Positions 37,324-46,443 of a stretch of DNA of 64,000 nt are shown piece after piece. The notes beneath the pieces were generated by a model. The model made no database searches and had not been told where the DNA came from. It was given only the letters and a program-made list of their open reading frames with translations. Position 1 is the first letter of the stretch; every line of letters begins with the position of its first letter. This DNA comes from Oligoflexia bacterium. GTDB taxonomy: Bacteria; Bdellovibrionota; UBA1018. Location of the stretch: NCBI GenBank assembly GCA_963758495.1, contig CAVWVI010000004.1, forward strand, positions 384,001 to 448,000, written 5' to 3'. The position numbers and the translations under genes were made by a program.

Positions 37324-37373
37324 AACAAGTATATAATAAATATATACTTGTTGTTTATATTTATTATATACTT
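37324..37373. repeat. overlapping AT-rich inverted repeats with 18-bp and 12-bp arms
   Basis: AAGTATATAATAAATATA (37327-37344) / TATATTTATTATATACTT (37356-37373); alternative AACAAGTATATA (37324-37335) / TATATACTTGTT (37341-37352). Confidence 0.75.
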
Positions 37374-37398
37374 ATTAAGTATAAGTGAGGCTTATTCC

Positions 37399-38697
37399 AT
37401 GAATTATAGAGTTAAGGTTCTGGCATATTGTACAGTAGGCATTTGTATTGGTCTAATAGGTCCCGATGCACAAGCAGGGTGGTTTAGCTCTATAGTTGCA
37501 GCCATTACTAAGCCTATTGTTAATCTTGTGTCAAAGACAGAGTCTGCTTCGGTACAAGCTGCAAATGACTTAAAAGCCGATGCTCAGAAAGCAGCCACAG
37601 ATGTAAAAAATTCAGTCAATTATGGGATCACCGGCTTGGAAAATCTGATTGGCCTTTGTGTTCAGCCACCCCCGGTAATTCGTCGCGTGACTCCTCTGAA
37701 GGTAATTCAGTCCACCCGTACAACTCTTTCTTGTAATGGTTCACCGGTTTTATGTAATCGTCATTATAATGAAATCACTTATGTCACCTCTCACAATGGT
37801 TCAGCTAACCGGCCCAGCAGCGCACTCTCTCTTTATAATTTAAGAAATTGCTATGGCAGCAATATTAACGATCAAGGTATTTCACTGGCAGCTCAGTTCA
37901 ATTTAGGGGTCCGTGCGACTAAAACTCCGGTACTTTTCGACCAAAACAAAGTCTATGCCTGCCATGGACTGAGTCCACAAGACCGGGATACGGTCAAGAA
38001 TAAGGTGTGTGGTGGTCTTTCAAGTTACACGAAAACTGCATGCGAGTCGATTTTTAATTTTATCGATCCTTGTACATTGGATAATAATGCAAAAGTGCTC
38101 TCTAACTTATTGAATGACTTTAATGATTATATCAAAAACAATCCGAACGAAGTTTTAACACTTTTTGTGGCTGATCAAACTGGGGGGCACTTTGAGCAGA
38201 TTCAAAGCACCTTTGAAGCAAGTAGCGTGAACAAATATCTCTATGTTCAAGGCTCTCCAAATCAAGCTTGGCCAACTCTGAAAGAAATGATTACGAGTAA
38301 CAAACGTCTGGTTGTATTTGTAGATACGCCAGATCAGTTCAATAGCAGCCAACAAGCTGACTTTAATCGTTACTTCAACCGACAAGGGTCATTCGCCTGG
38401 TCCTCTCCATTTAATTATCCAACGGACGAGAGCTTAAAGGATGAAGATCCAAGTAGGTTAATTCCAAATCTGCCCTATAATGATTTGTGGATATTACAGC
38501 ATTTTGTAACTCCTTCGCTTGCTGGAAATCCTTATTACGCAGCACGCGTGAATGAATATCAGTTCTTAAAGAACAGGGTAAACAAGTACATAAACGTGAT
38601 CAGAAAAAATCCAAATTTTATTTGGGTTGATTTTACTGATTTATCGCAGTCCGGAAAAGACATCTTTACACTTGCGAATGAATTGAATGGAATTTAA
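37399..38697 (+). CDS. secreted PI-PLC X-domain-like phosphodiesterase, paralog 2
   Basis: Near-colinear with 30315..31439 plus a 58-aa N-terminal insert; GAGG SD before ATG 37399. Confidence 0.8.
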   Translation: MNYRVKVLAYCTVGICIGLIGPDAQAGWFSSIVAAITKPIVNLVSKTESASVQAANDLKADAQKAATDVKNSVNYGITGLENLIGLCVQPPPVIRRVTPLKVIQSTRTTLSCNGSPVLCNRHYNEITYVTSHNGSANRPSSALSLYNLRNCYGSNINDQGISLAAQFNLGVRATKTPVLFDQNKVYACHGLSPQDRDTVKNKVCGGLSSYTKTACESIFNFIDPCTLDNNAKVLSNLLNDFNDYIKNNPNEVLTLFVADQTGGHFEQIQSTFEASSVNKYLYVQGSPNQAWPTLKEMITSNKRLVVFVDTPDQFNSSQQADFNRYFNRQGSFAWSSPFNYPTDESLKDEDPSRLIPNLPYNDLWILQHFVTPSLAGNPYYAARVNEYQFLKNRVNKYINVIRKNPNFIWVDFTDLSQSGKDIFTLANELNGI

Positions 38698-38710
38698 GCG
38701 AAAGGCCAAA

Positions 38711-39358
38711 TCAAATTAGCACAGGAATATCGCTGTTTTTTCTCCGGTATCGCATCACCCAAGCATAGAGCCCACCCAGCAATAACACTGCCGCAAGGAA
38801 CCAATGCATTTTTGATTTTACCACGCCCATCATCGCTTCAGGGGATTGGAGTAATTCCGGATGTGTGCCAATCACTTGCTGACCAAACCAGGAAAGAATC
38901 GTGCACCACACGCCCGCACCTGCGAGGGTCGCAAAACTGAATTTTCCAAAGGGCATTTTGAGGGCACCTGCCGGAATAGAAATGAGATGCCTCACTACCG
39001 GCAAAAGACGAGCCGTAAAAATACCAAAGGTTCCATAAGACGCGACCCAGTTTTCAGCGATCGCAAGCTTATCCGGAGGTAAGAGAAAGTACCTCCCATA
39101 CTTTTTAATCACAGGCTCCCCAACCCAACGAGATATCCAATAATTAATCAATGATCCAAAATAGCTCCCTGCTGTTCCAGCGACAACGACCCCTGAAAAG
39201 CTCATTCGACCCTGAGCAGCCCAAAACGCGGCCGGGGGTAGAACAATTTCTGAAGGTACTGGAATAATAGAGCTTTCCATTGCCATCAAAATAAAAACTC
39301 CTAAATATCCCCACATTTCTACCCAGTGAAACCATGTCGTCAATAACTCATGAATCAT
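38711..39358 (-). CDS. DedA family membrane protein
   Basis: GYLGVFILMAMESSIIPVPSEIV, GSLINYW, ARLLPVVRHLISIPAG; start could be 39370. Confidence 0.93.
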   Translation of the reverse strand: MIHELLTTWFHWVEMWGYLGVFILMAMESSIIPVPSEIVLPPAAFWAAQGRMSFSGVVVAGTAGSYFGSLINYWISRWVGEPVIKKYGRYFLLPPDKLAIAENWVASYGTFGIFTARLLPVVRHLISIPAGALKMPFGKFSFATLAGAGVWCTILSWFGQQVIGTHPELLQSPEAMMGVVKSKMHWFLAAVLLLGGLYAWVMRYRRKNSDIPVLI

Positions 39359-39434
39359 ATGAGTTCCCATGCTAGCATAAGAGCCTTCGAGAACAGATGA
39401 CAAATTAAGGACTTTACATTAAGAATAAGGGCTC

Positions 39435-40691
39435 ATGCATTCAGAAGCATTACCCACTATCCAGACACCCTCGCCTCAAGACGAGTGGAAACAAGAGCTC
39501 TTGCACTCTTACACCAGTGTCTCAGACTTATTACGCAATCATTTAGTCTCAGACTCCGAAGCTCAGAAACTTGAAAATATAGGTGAAAAATTTCGGGTCA
39601 GGATTACGCCTTATTACGCAAAGATCATGTCAAAATCGCCTGAATGCCCCATTCGGAAACAAGCGATTCCTCATTTAGGCGAAGAAGACCCTCAATTACC
39701 TGAGTGGGCATCTCAACTCAGCCAAGAGATCTACGGACGCCCTACTCCTTGGCATCACGATGCGATTGGGGATATCCGAAATTTAGCAGCGCCTCGCCTC
39801 ACCCACCGTTATGAAAACCGGGCTATTCTTCATTTGTCCTCATTATGCGCTGTTTATTGTCGGTTCTGTTTCAGAAAGTCACATTTAAATGATGACGAGA
39901 GAACTCTCTATGAGGGCACTCTCGACCCTGCCTTACGTTACCTGAAAGGCGCAGAAAAAATTCATGAATTGATTCTAACCGGGGGAGATCCATTATCCGT
40001 CACTGACGCTGCACTCAAATCCCTTTTTGAGCGAATCAATCAGATCCCTCATATTAGAACCGTGAGAATTCATTCTCGAATGACGGTGACTTTGCCCAGT
40101 CGATTCACTTCATCGCTTCTTGAGATCTTAGGACAAAACTGGAACTTTCATATCAACTTGGTAAGCCACTTTAATCACCCGAACGAACTCACACTCGAGG
40201 CCAAACTTGGACTCCGACGTTTAAATCGAATTGGAATTACGCTTCTCAATCAAAGTGTATTATTAAGAGGAATTAATAACAGCGTAGAATGCTTACACGA
40301 CCTATTTCAGACTCTTTATGAAACAGGAGTCATTCCCTATTACCTTCACCATCCTGATTGGACACCGGGCACATTTGATTTTCGACTTGGAATTGAAGAG
40401 GGGCAGAAGTTAATGACCCAGCTGAGGGGTCTACTTTCTGGCCCTGCACTTCCTCAGTACATACTCGATATCCCTCAAGGCTATGGGAAAATTTCTTTAT
40501 TAGATGCGAATGTAAAAAAGCTCAAAAGTTTTCCTATGGCTCGACCCCTTTCTCAAAGGAATCACACTTCTCATATAGATCATTTACAGGGAGCGGTTTA
40601 CGAAATAATCACTCCAGCGACTCGTGCGGGTGGTCGAAACACTCATCTCTATCTCGATCTTTTCCCAGGCCATAAGGAACTGCTTACTTAG
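39435..40691 (+). CDS. KamA family radical SAM protein (lysine 2,3-aminomutase/EpmB-like)
   Basis: HRYENR, CAVYCRFCFRK, LTGGDPL, HFNHPNE, NQSVLLRGIN, YILDIPQGYGK. Confidence 0.9.
   Translation: MHSEALPTIQTPSPQDEWKQELLHSYTSVSDLLRNHLVSDSEAQKLENIGEKFRVRITPYYAKIMSKSPECPIRKQAIPHLGEEDPQLPEWASQLSQEIYGRPTPWHHDAIGDIRNLAAPRLTHRYENRAILHLSSLCAVYCRFCFRKSHLNDDERTLYEGTLDPALRYLKGAEKIHELILTGGDPLSVTDAALKSLFERINQIPHIRTVRIHSRMTVTLPSRFTSSLLEILGQNWNFHINLVSHFNHPNELTLEAKLGLRRLNRIGITLLNQSVLLRGINNSVECLHDLFQTLYETGVIPYYLHHPDWTPGTFDFRLGIEEGQKLMTQLRGLLSGPALPQYILDIPQGYGKISLLDANVKKLKSFPMARPLSQRNHTSHIDHLQGAVYEIITPATRAGGRNTHLYLDLFPGHKELLT
40673..40687. repeat. partial REP-like repeat copy in the last codons of the KamA gene
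   Basis: TAAGGAACTGCTTAC. Confidence 0.5.
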
Positions 40692-40749
40692 GCTTGTTTT
40701 TTCTGAGAAAGTCTTGTATCCCACTACTCATCATCCATATCGCTTATGT

Positions 40750-40824
40750 TGGAGCGTAGCTCAGTGGCAGAGCACTGCCTTCACACGGCAGGGGTCGCTG
40801 GTTCAACCCCAGTCGCTCCAACCA
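40750..40824 (+). tRNA. tRNA-Val (anticodon CAC)
   Basis: Cloverleaf: acceptor TGGAGCG/CGCTCCA, D arm GCTC/GAGC, anticodon arm CTGCC-TTCACAC-GGCAG, T arm GCTGG-TTCAACC-CCAGT, encoded A-CCA. Confidence 0.96.
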
Positions 40825-40865
40825 TTTTTGTCAAATACACTTGAAATTATTATAGAAGTATTTGC

Positions 40866-40899
40866 GCGACGGACACCCAGATAACAGGCTATCCGCCGC
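40866..40899 (-). terminator. hairpin between the convergent tRNA-Val and ihfA, probable terminator
   Basis: Minus strand GCGGCGGATA...TGTCCGTCGC stem. Confidence 0.45.
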
Positions 40900-40916
40900 C
40901 ATTTTTTATTTTAAAT

Positions 40917-41273
40917 CTACTTTTCGCCATCATCCTCTTCGTCTTCAGCACCGTGATGAAGGGAAGCAGGGTCCATCGGCTTTCCTTCCAGGGCTGAGTT
41001 CACATCACTTCTAAGAACTTGTGAAGGACGAAAGGTTAAAACTCGTCGGGCGCTGATTTCAATACTTTGCCCAGTCTGGGGATTGCGGCCTACACGTGAC
41101 CGCTTTTCACGCACTACAAAATTTCCAAATCCAGAAATTTTGATCTTCTGCCCTTTGCCCAACGTATCCTTCAAAGTATCAAAAACCATTTCTACTAAGT
41201 CAGCAGCTTCCTTCTTTGAAAACCCGACTTTCTCATAAAGTGCTTCCACGATATCCGCTTTGGTCATTGCCAC
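40917..41273 (-). CDS. ihfA: integration host factor subunit alpha
   Basis: MTKADIVE, KIKISGFGNF, GRNPQTG, RRVLTFRPSQVL; follows pheT; AGGAG SD favours GTG 41273 or ATG 41267. Confidence 0.95.
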   Translation of the reverse strand: MAMTKADIVEALYEKVGFSKKEAADLVEMVFDTLKDTLGKGQKIKISGFGNFVVREKRSRVGRNPQTGQSIEISARRVLTFRPSQVLRSDVNSALEGKPMDPASLHHGAEDEEDDGEK

Positions 41274-41351
41274 AGTCAGCTCTCCTCTTTTGTAGCTGAT
41301 CTTCCACACATCAGCACAAACGGTTGGGGTATCCCCAAACAACTGGGGAAA

Positions 41352-43841
41352 TCAGATTAACTTCTTAATTCTGCTCCAAGCTCTTTCTTCCAGCTCTCTA
41401 AAATTCGAGCTGAAGCAGTTTCTGCTTCTAGATTCTTGTAAACTTCGAGCTTCATCATAAAAGATAACCCGTACTGCGACACTTGTCATCCCCTCGGCCA
41501 CTTGCGAGCCCCTATAAATATCAAAAACTTTTGCCGACTTAATCAGAGGCTTTCCAGCTTTCAATGCTAGTTGACAAATTTTATCAGCTGTAACTTCATT
41601 TTTTACAACTAATGCAAAATCTCTCTCAATAGAAGGAAATTGACCCCATGGCTTAAATACAGGAACCTCAAACCCACCTCGTGAGAGCTTAACTAAAACA
41701 TCCCAATCCAATTCTGCTAACCACAATGGGGCTCTTGTCTTGAGTTCCTGAGCCAGTCTCGGATGGAGAAGACCAAAATAACCTGCAACAGAATTTCCTG
41801 CCAATACTTCAACACTTTGTCCTGGATGAAATAGCGGATTTCCTCCAATACGAGACTGGGTCATGGGTTGATAACGCACCCCACGAGTCCCCAACGCAGT
41901 CAATAAATTGTCGACTACTGCCTTTGCATCATAGAAATCAACCTCGCCTCTTTCACTTCGAAGGGACTCTGAAAATCGAGGTCCCGTGATTGCAAAAGCA
42001 AGTTTCCAGCGCTCCTCAACACCCGTCTCCATTTGATTTTTGACCTGAATAGATCCCGAAGCTGAAAAAACTGGCCTGAGTTCGAATAATCGTATTGCCA
42101 AAGGCTCCGAGCCGAAATGAACACTCCAATTGTGGAGGGTATTGCGAATCAAACCTGGAAGTAACGAGGGAACAAGAACCTCATGCTCTTCACTCAAAGG
42201 ATTCAAAACTGTTACCGAAGAAGAAAGCCCAAACCTGGAAAGCCAAGCTCGACTTGTAAAGGAAAAGTTAATCGCCTCATAAAGACCACTTGTGACGAGA
42301 GATTCCTTTGTGCGGTTCATGACTGCAAGTCGAGGCAAACCCGATGCAGCAAAAGTGGGAGAGGAACTCAATGGAGGTAGGGTGGCTGGAATAGCATCGT
42401 AACCGATAGAGCGTGCGATTTCCTCAGCAAAGTCCTCTTTAATTTTCAAATCGTGACGATAACTGGGCGGTGTAATCGCCCACTCGTGATCCTTACATTC
42501 AACTTGGCAATCCAAACCCTTTAAAATTTCCTCCGTAACTTTTAATGTCAATGGAGGATGATCCCTTTCAAATCCTAAAAAATCATTTAAATAATTTATA
42601 TTAAAACGAACTGGGGGCCTGAGCGATCCTAATGCTTGAGCGCGAGTCGAGAGCTGTACTTTTGTCGCTCCCATGATCTTTCCACCGGCAAACTGCACTA
42701 CCCTATTTGCGAGTCGAGTCAGGGCATCAGGCAAATTGAATGGATCAATGCCTTTTTCAAATCGCTGCGCCGCTTCTGTTTTTCGTTGGTGTTTTGATGC
42801 AGTCTTTCGAACAGCTTTAGGATCAAACTCGGCACACTCTAAGAAAATATTTTTAGTATTGAGCTCAACTTCCGAATTGCCTCCACCCATCACTCCAGCA
42901 AGCCCTATCGCTCGCTCTTCATCAGCAATGACTATTTCCGAGCCCAAGAGTTGGATAGTTTGCCCATCTAAAAGAGGAAGACTCTCTCCTTCTTTCGCAA
43001 TGCGGACATGAATTTTCTGTCCCAGAATCTTTTCTGCATCATAGGCATGCACTGGATGGCCCAGCTCTAAGAGTATCAAGTTAGTGGAATCTACGACATT
43101 ATTGATAGACCTATGCCCAAGAGACTCTAACCGTTTCACAAGCCATTCGGGAGAAGGCCCTACTTGAACACCTTGAATATAACAGCCAAAGAACTGGGGG
43201 GCTACCTCACCTGCATCTAATTGCACTGAAATCGGAGAGTGATCAAAATGAAAATCAGAAACAGATTCCCTTTTTACTTTTAACCCTAAGGCGGCACCGA
43301 CTTCTCGGGCAATTCCTAAATGACTTAAACAATCACCCCGATTAGCAGTCAGCTTTAAACTTAAAATCGCATCATTACGCCCCAGGTATTGGGCAAGAGG
43401 TTGACCTAATGGCGCAGTCGCTGGAAGAATCAAAATCCCTTCAGACTGCTCTTTCAGCTTCAGCTCTTCTTCGGAGCAAAGCATTCCATTTGAAATAATA
43501 CCTCGAATTTTCCCCGCTTCGATTTTAACCCCATTAGGAAGATGCGCTCCTACTTGGGCCAAAACGACCTTATCGCCGGCCTTCATATTCTGAGCACCAC
43601 AGACAATTTCCAAGGGCTCGCCCTTTCCAATGGTCACTTTGCAAAGACTCAGTCGATCGGCTTGGGGATGAGGATTACGTTCCAAAATCTGCGCAGTAAC
43701 GACCTTTTCAAAACCCTGGTCTAGCCGCTCAATACCCTCAACTTCCAAGCCACGACGAGTGAGAAGCTCAGCAAGAGCTGAAGGGCCTGCAACTCCACTC
43801 AAGTCTATAAACTCTGAGAGCCAGTTCCAAGAAATGCGCAT
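41352..43841 (-). CDS. pheT: phenylalanine--tRNA ligase beta subunit with apparent +1 frameshift near the 3' end
   Basis: MRISWNWL, HPQADRL, VCGAQN, GMLCS, NRGDCLS, RFEKG, EEIARSIGY, RDFA, FDIYRG; canonical end LGAELRS* lies in another frame after about 41429. Confidence 0.97.
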   Translation of the reverse strand: MRISWNWLSEFIDLSGVAGPSALAELLTRRGLEVEGIERLDQGFEKVVTAQILERNPHPQADRLSLCKVTIGKGEPLEIVCGAQNMKAGDKVVLAQVGAHLPNGVKIEAGKIRGIISNGMLCSEEELKLKEQSEGILILPATAPLGQPLAQYLGRNDAILSLKLTANRGDCLSHLGIAREVGAALGLKVKRESVSDFHFDHSPISVQLDAGEVAPQFFGCYIQGVQVGPSPEWLVKRLESLGHRSINNVVDSTNLILLELGHPVHAYDAEKILGQKIHVRIAKEGESLPLLDGQTIQLLGSEIVIADEERAIGLAGVMGGGNSEVELNTKNIFLECAEFDPKAVRKTASKHQRKTEAAQRFEKGIDPFNLPDALTRLANRVVQFAGGKIMGATKVQLSTRAQALGSLRPPVRFNINYLNDFLGFERDHPPLTLKVTEEILKGLDCQVECKDHEWAITPPSYRHDLKIKEDFAEEIARSIGYDAIPATLPPLSSSPTFAASGLPRLAVMNRTKESLVTSGLYEAINFSFTSRAWLSRFGLSSSVTVLNPLSEEHEVLVPSLLPGLIRNTLHNWSVHFGSEPLAIRLFELRPVFSASGSIQVKNQMETGVEERWKLAFAITGPRFSESLRSERGEVDFYDAKAVVDNLLTALGTRGVRYQPMTQSRIGGNPLFHPGQSVEVLAGNSVAGYFGLLHPRLAQELKTRAPLWLAELDWDVLVKLSRGGFEVPVFKPWGQFPSIERDFALVVKNEVTADKICQLALKAGKPLIKSAKVFDIYRGSQVAEGMTSVAVRVIFYDEARSLQESRSRNCFSSNFRELEERAWSRIKKLI

Positions 43842-43861
43842 TTTGATTTACCTCGCTATCA

Positions 43862-44896
43862 TTAAAATTGACCGAGTAGACGGACATCACCCTGAAAGAG
43901 GAGTCGTAGATCAGGTACCTGATACAGGAGCATGGCGATTCGATCTATACCGATTCCAAATGCAAAGCCGCTTAAATCATTTACTCCTGGTTGTGTGTAA
44001 CCTGCTTGTTCAAGAAGATGAGGATGCACCATTCCGGCACCTAAGACCTCAAGCCAGCCAGTGCCTTTGCAAACACGACAAGCAGCTGAAATCTTCACTC
44101 GACATTGAAAACAGCTTACATCCACTTCCGCTCCCGGCTCTACGAAAGGAAAATAGCTCGGTCTTAAGCGAATTTTAGTCCCACTCCCAAAAAGCTCGTG
44201 TGCCCAATATTGAAGAGCACCTTTTAAGTCACTCATTCGTACTTTTCGATCTACCCAAAGGCCTTCTATTTGATGAAACATGGGCGAATGAGTCGCATCA
44301 TTATCGCAACGGTAAACTGCACCAGGGCAAAGGATTCTTACCGGCCAGGATTGAGTCCGCATGGATCTCATTTGTACTGAAGAAGTATGAGTTCTCAAAA
44401 CCACACCCGGCCCAAGGAAAAATGTATCTTGCATGTCGCGTGCAGGATGATCCGCAGGAATATTGACTGCTTCAAAATTCAAATAGTCTGTTTCAACTTC
44501 AGGCCCGAAAGTAACATCAAAGCCTAAACGACTAAAAATTTGAATCATCCGCTGAGTGGTTTGAGTCACAAGATGCATCGCGCCCCGGTGATGGAGTCGA
44601 GATGGAGCCGAAACATCAATTTTCTCATTTTGCAATTTTATGGCAAGGAGAGCGTCTTCTAAGACTCTATGACGGCTCTCAATTGCCATTTCAATTTTTC
44701 TTTTGAGATCATTGGCAGCACCTCCAATGATCGGACGTTCAGAAGGGAGAACTGAGCCAAGCCCTTTTAAGACCTCACTCAAAGCGCCCTTTTTCCCCAG
44801 AATAGATATACGAATCTGCTCCAAAGCATCCAAACTGGACGCAGCATCAATATCTTTAAAAGCCTGCCCACCGATCGTATTTAGTTTTTCAATCAT
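43862..44896 (-). CDS. pheS: phenylalanine--tRNA ligase alpha subunit
   Basis: HPARDMQDTF, LRTHTSSVQ, DATHSPMFHQIEG, RPSYFPFVEP, GFAFGIGIDRIAML. Confidence 0.98.
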   Translation of the reverse strand: MIEKLNTIGGQAFKDIDAASSLDALEQIRISILGKKGALSEVLKGLGSVLPSERPIIGGAANDLKRKIEMAIESRHRVLEDALLAIKLQNEKIDVSAPSRLHHRGAMHLVTQTTQRMIQIFSRLGFDVTFGPEVETDYLNFEAVNIPADHPARDMQDTFFLGPGVVLRTHTSSVQMRSMRTQSWPVRILCPGAVYRCDNDATHSPMFHQIEGLWVDRKVRMSDLKGALQYWAHELFGSGTKIRLRPSYFPFVEPGAEVDVSCFQCRVKISAACRVCKGTGWLEVLGAGMVHPHLLEQAGYTQPGVNDLSGFAFGIGIDRIAMLLYQVPDLRLLFQGDVRLLGQF

Positions 44897-44916
44897 CGGT
44901 GTAATTAAGCAACCGC

Positions 44917-45279
44917 TTAGTGAGCTGGTGCCAAAGATCGAACTTGGTCGATAATGGCACTAAATGCCTTCGGATCTACAATAGCAATATCCGAAAGAAT
45001 TTTACGATCTAGCTTAATTTCTGCCTTTTTCATAGCAGACATCATACGACTATAGCTTATGCTATTGTCATTAGCTGCTGCGGAAAGACGAGCAATCCAA
45101 AGCTGACGAAAATCCCTCTTCTTTACTCGACGATCACGAAATGCATATACAAAAGAACGATCCACTGCTTCAGCAGTTCGTTTAAATTTATTCTTTCGGC
45201 CGAGAACAAAACCTTCTGCTCTCTTTAGAACTTTATTATGACGGCGGCGACGTTTAAATCCACGTTTTGCGCGAGGCAT
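44917..45279 (-). CDS. rplT: 50S ribosomal protein L20
   Basis: MPRAKRG, YAFRDRRVKKRDFRQLWIARL, LDRKILSDIA. Confidence 0.98.
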   Translation of the reverse strand: MPRAKRGFKRRRRHNKVLKRAEGFVLGRKNKFKRTAEAVDRSFVYAFRDRRVKKRDFRQLWIARLSAAANDNSISYSRMMSAMKKAEIKLDRKILSDIAIVDPKAFSAIIDQVRSLAPAH

Positions 45280-45338
45280 GAGAACTCCTTCAAATTACCT
45301 AAATATGACCTGAAATAATCTAAATTGACCGTAAGGCA

Positions 45339-45536
45339 CTATGCTCCATAAGGCATGCATTTTTCAACGTGCTTGATATCACCTTCAAAAACATAGCCTG
45401 CACTTCGAAGCTTTAACTTTCGGGCAGAATTTTTACTACCCAAATTATGGCGCTTATTCGTGCGCTTAAATTTTACTTTACCTGTTGCAGTGAATGAAAA
45501 ACGCTTCGCGGCTGCTTTTTTGGTCTTTAATTTCAT
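45339..45536 (-). CDS. rpmI: 50S ribosomal protein L35
   Basis: MKLKTKKAAAKRFSFTATGK; located between infC and rplT. Confidence 0.96.
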   Translation of the reverse strand: MKLKTKKAAAKRFSFTATGKVKFKRTNKRHNLGSKNSARKLKLRSAGYVFEGDIKHVEKCMPYGA

Positions 45537-45543
45537 TATCCTT

Positions 45544-45594
45544 TACGAGTGAAACTAAGGTTATCATACCTCAGAAATACCTCGTATCTCCTTT
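45544..45594 (-). promoter_or_regulatory. structured rpmI leader: SD followed by a 43-nt hairpin
   Basis: AAAGGAG-A-[TACGAG..CTGAGGT-ATGATA-ACCTTAG..CTCGTA]-AAGGATA-ATG. Confidence 0.5.
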
Positions 45595-45642
45595 ATTTCT
45601 ACTAAAATAGGGTTCCAAAGAACACTAGTTAACGAGGGCTGG

Positions 45643-45672
45643 ACAGTAGCTCAAAAACCACTCATTCGTCAA
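45643..45672 (-). promoter_or_regulatory. putative sigma70 promoter for rpmI-rplT
   Basis: TTGACG-18 nt-TACTGT. Confidence 0.45.
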
Positions 45673-45726
45673 GCATCTTTGCCTATTCTATCCCTTGTTA
45701 ATTACGTCTATTTTCTACAACAACTT

Positions 45727-46443
45727 TTATGACTTTGAATCCGACTTATCCGCTAGGGGTACCGGAATCTTAGCCTCAACCTTATTCATAGAGGTCTTAA
45801 TCACTGGACTCAATGCCCCAGGAGCAGCTTTTTTAGCTACGCCAGGCGCTAACACCATGATGAGCTTCTTCCCTTCAATTTTGGGAGGAGCTTCGACAAT
45901 TGCAACATCTTTTACCTGATCTGCAAGCTGTCTCATAATTTTAAAGCCTTGATCCACGTAAGTGATCTCACGACCACGAAACATGATTGTTATCTTGGCC
46001 TTATCTCCATCTTCAAGAAACTGTCGTACATTCTTGAACTTATAATCCAAATCATGCTCTTCCGTTTGAGGTCGAAGTTGGATTTCCTTCACTTTTATAA
46101 CAGTCTGCTTTTTCTTAGCAAGTTGCTCTTTTTTCTTTTTTTCGTATTTAAACTTGCCGTAATCACAAATCTTACAAACAGGTGGCTGTGCGTTTGGAGA
46201 AACCTCCATGAGGTCTAAACCACGCTCGCGCGCCATTTGAAGCGCCTCATAAGTAGGAACAACACCCACTTGATTGCCTTTTTCATCAATTAAGCGGACC
46301 TGAGGGACCCTGATCCTCTCATTGAGCCTATGCTCATCTTTATTTTGATTTGGAACGGGACCTCGTGGAAACCGAGGACGTGGAAATGACGGTGGGCCGG
46401 ATGGACTCGAAGGACTTGAAGGACTTGAAGGTGTAAATGCCAT
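45727..46443 (-). CDS. infC: translation initiation factor IF-3 with N- and C-terminal low-complexity extensions
   Basis: NERIRVPQVRLIDEKG, LDLMEVSPNAQPPVCKICDYGKFKYE, KEIQLRP, FRGRE. Confidence 0.97.
   Translation of the reverse strand: MAFTPSSPSSPSSPSGPPSFPRPRFPRGPVPNQNKDEHRLNERIRVPQVRLIDEKGNQVGVVPTYEALQMARERGLDLMEVSPNAQPPVCKICDYGKFKYEKKKKEQLAKKKQTVIKVKEIQLRPQTEEHDLDYKFKNVRQFLEDGDKAKITIMFRGREITYVDQGFKIMRQLADQVKDVAIVEAPPKIEGKKLIMVLAPGVAKKAAPGALSPVIKTSMNKVEAKIPVPLADKSDSKS

Noticed and set aside
40624..40884. 86-aa ORF
   Set aside because: Overlaps tRNA-Val and the end of the KamA gene; spurious
40750..40920. Prophage or island integrated at tRNA-Val
   Set aside because: No integrase and no duplicated tRNA 3' end seen; ihfA follows directly
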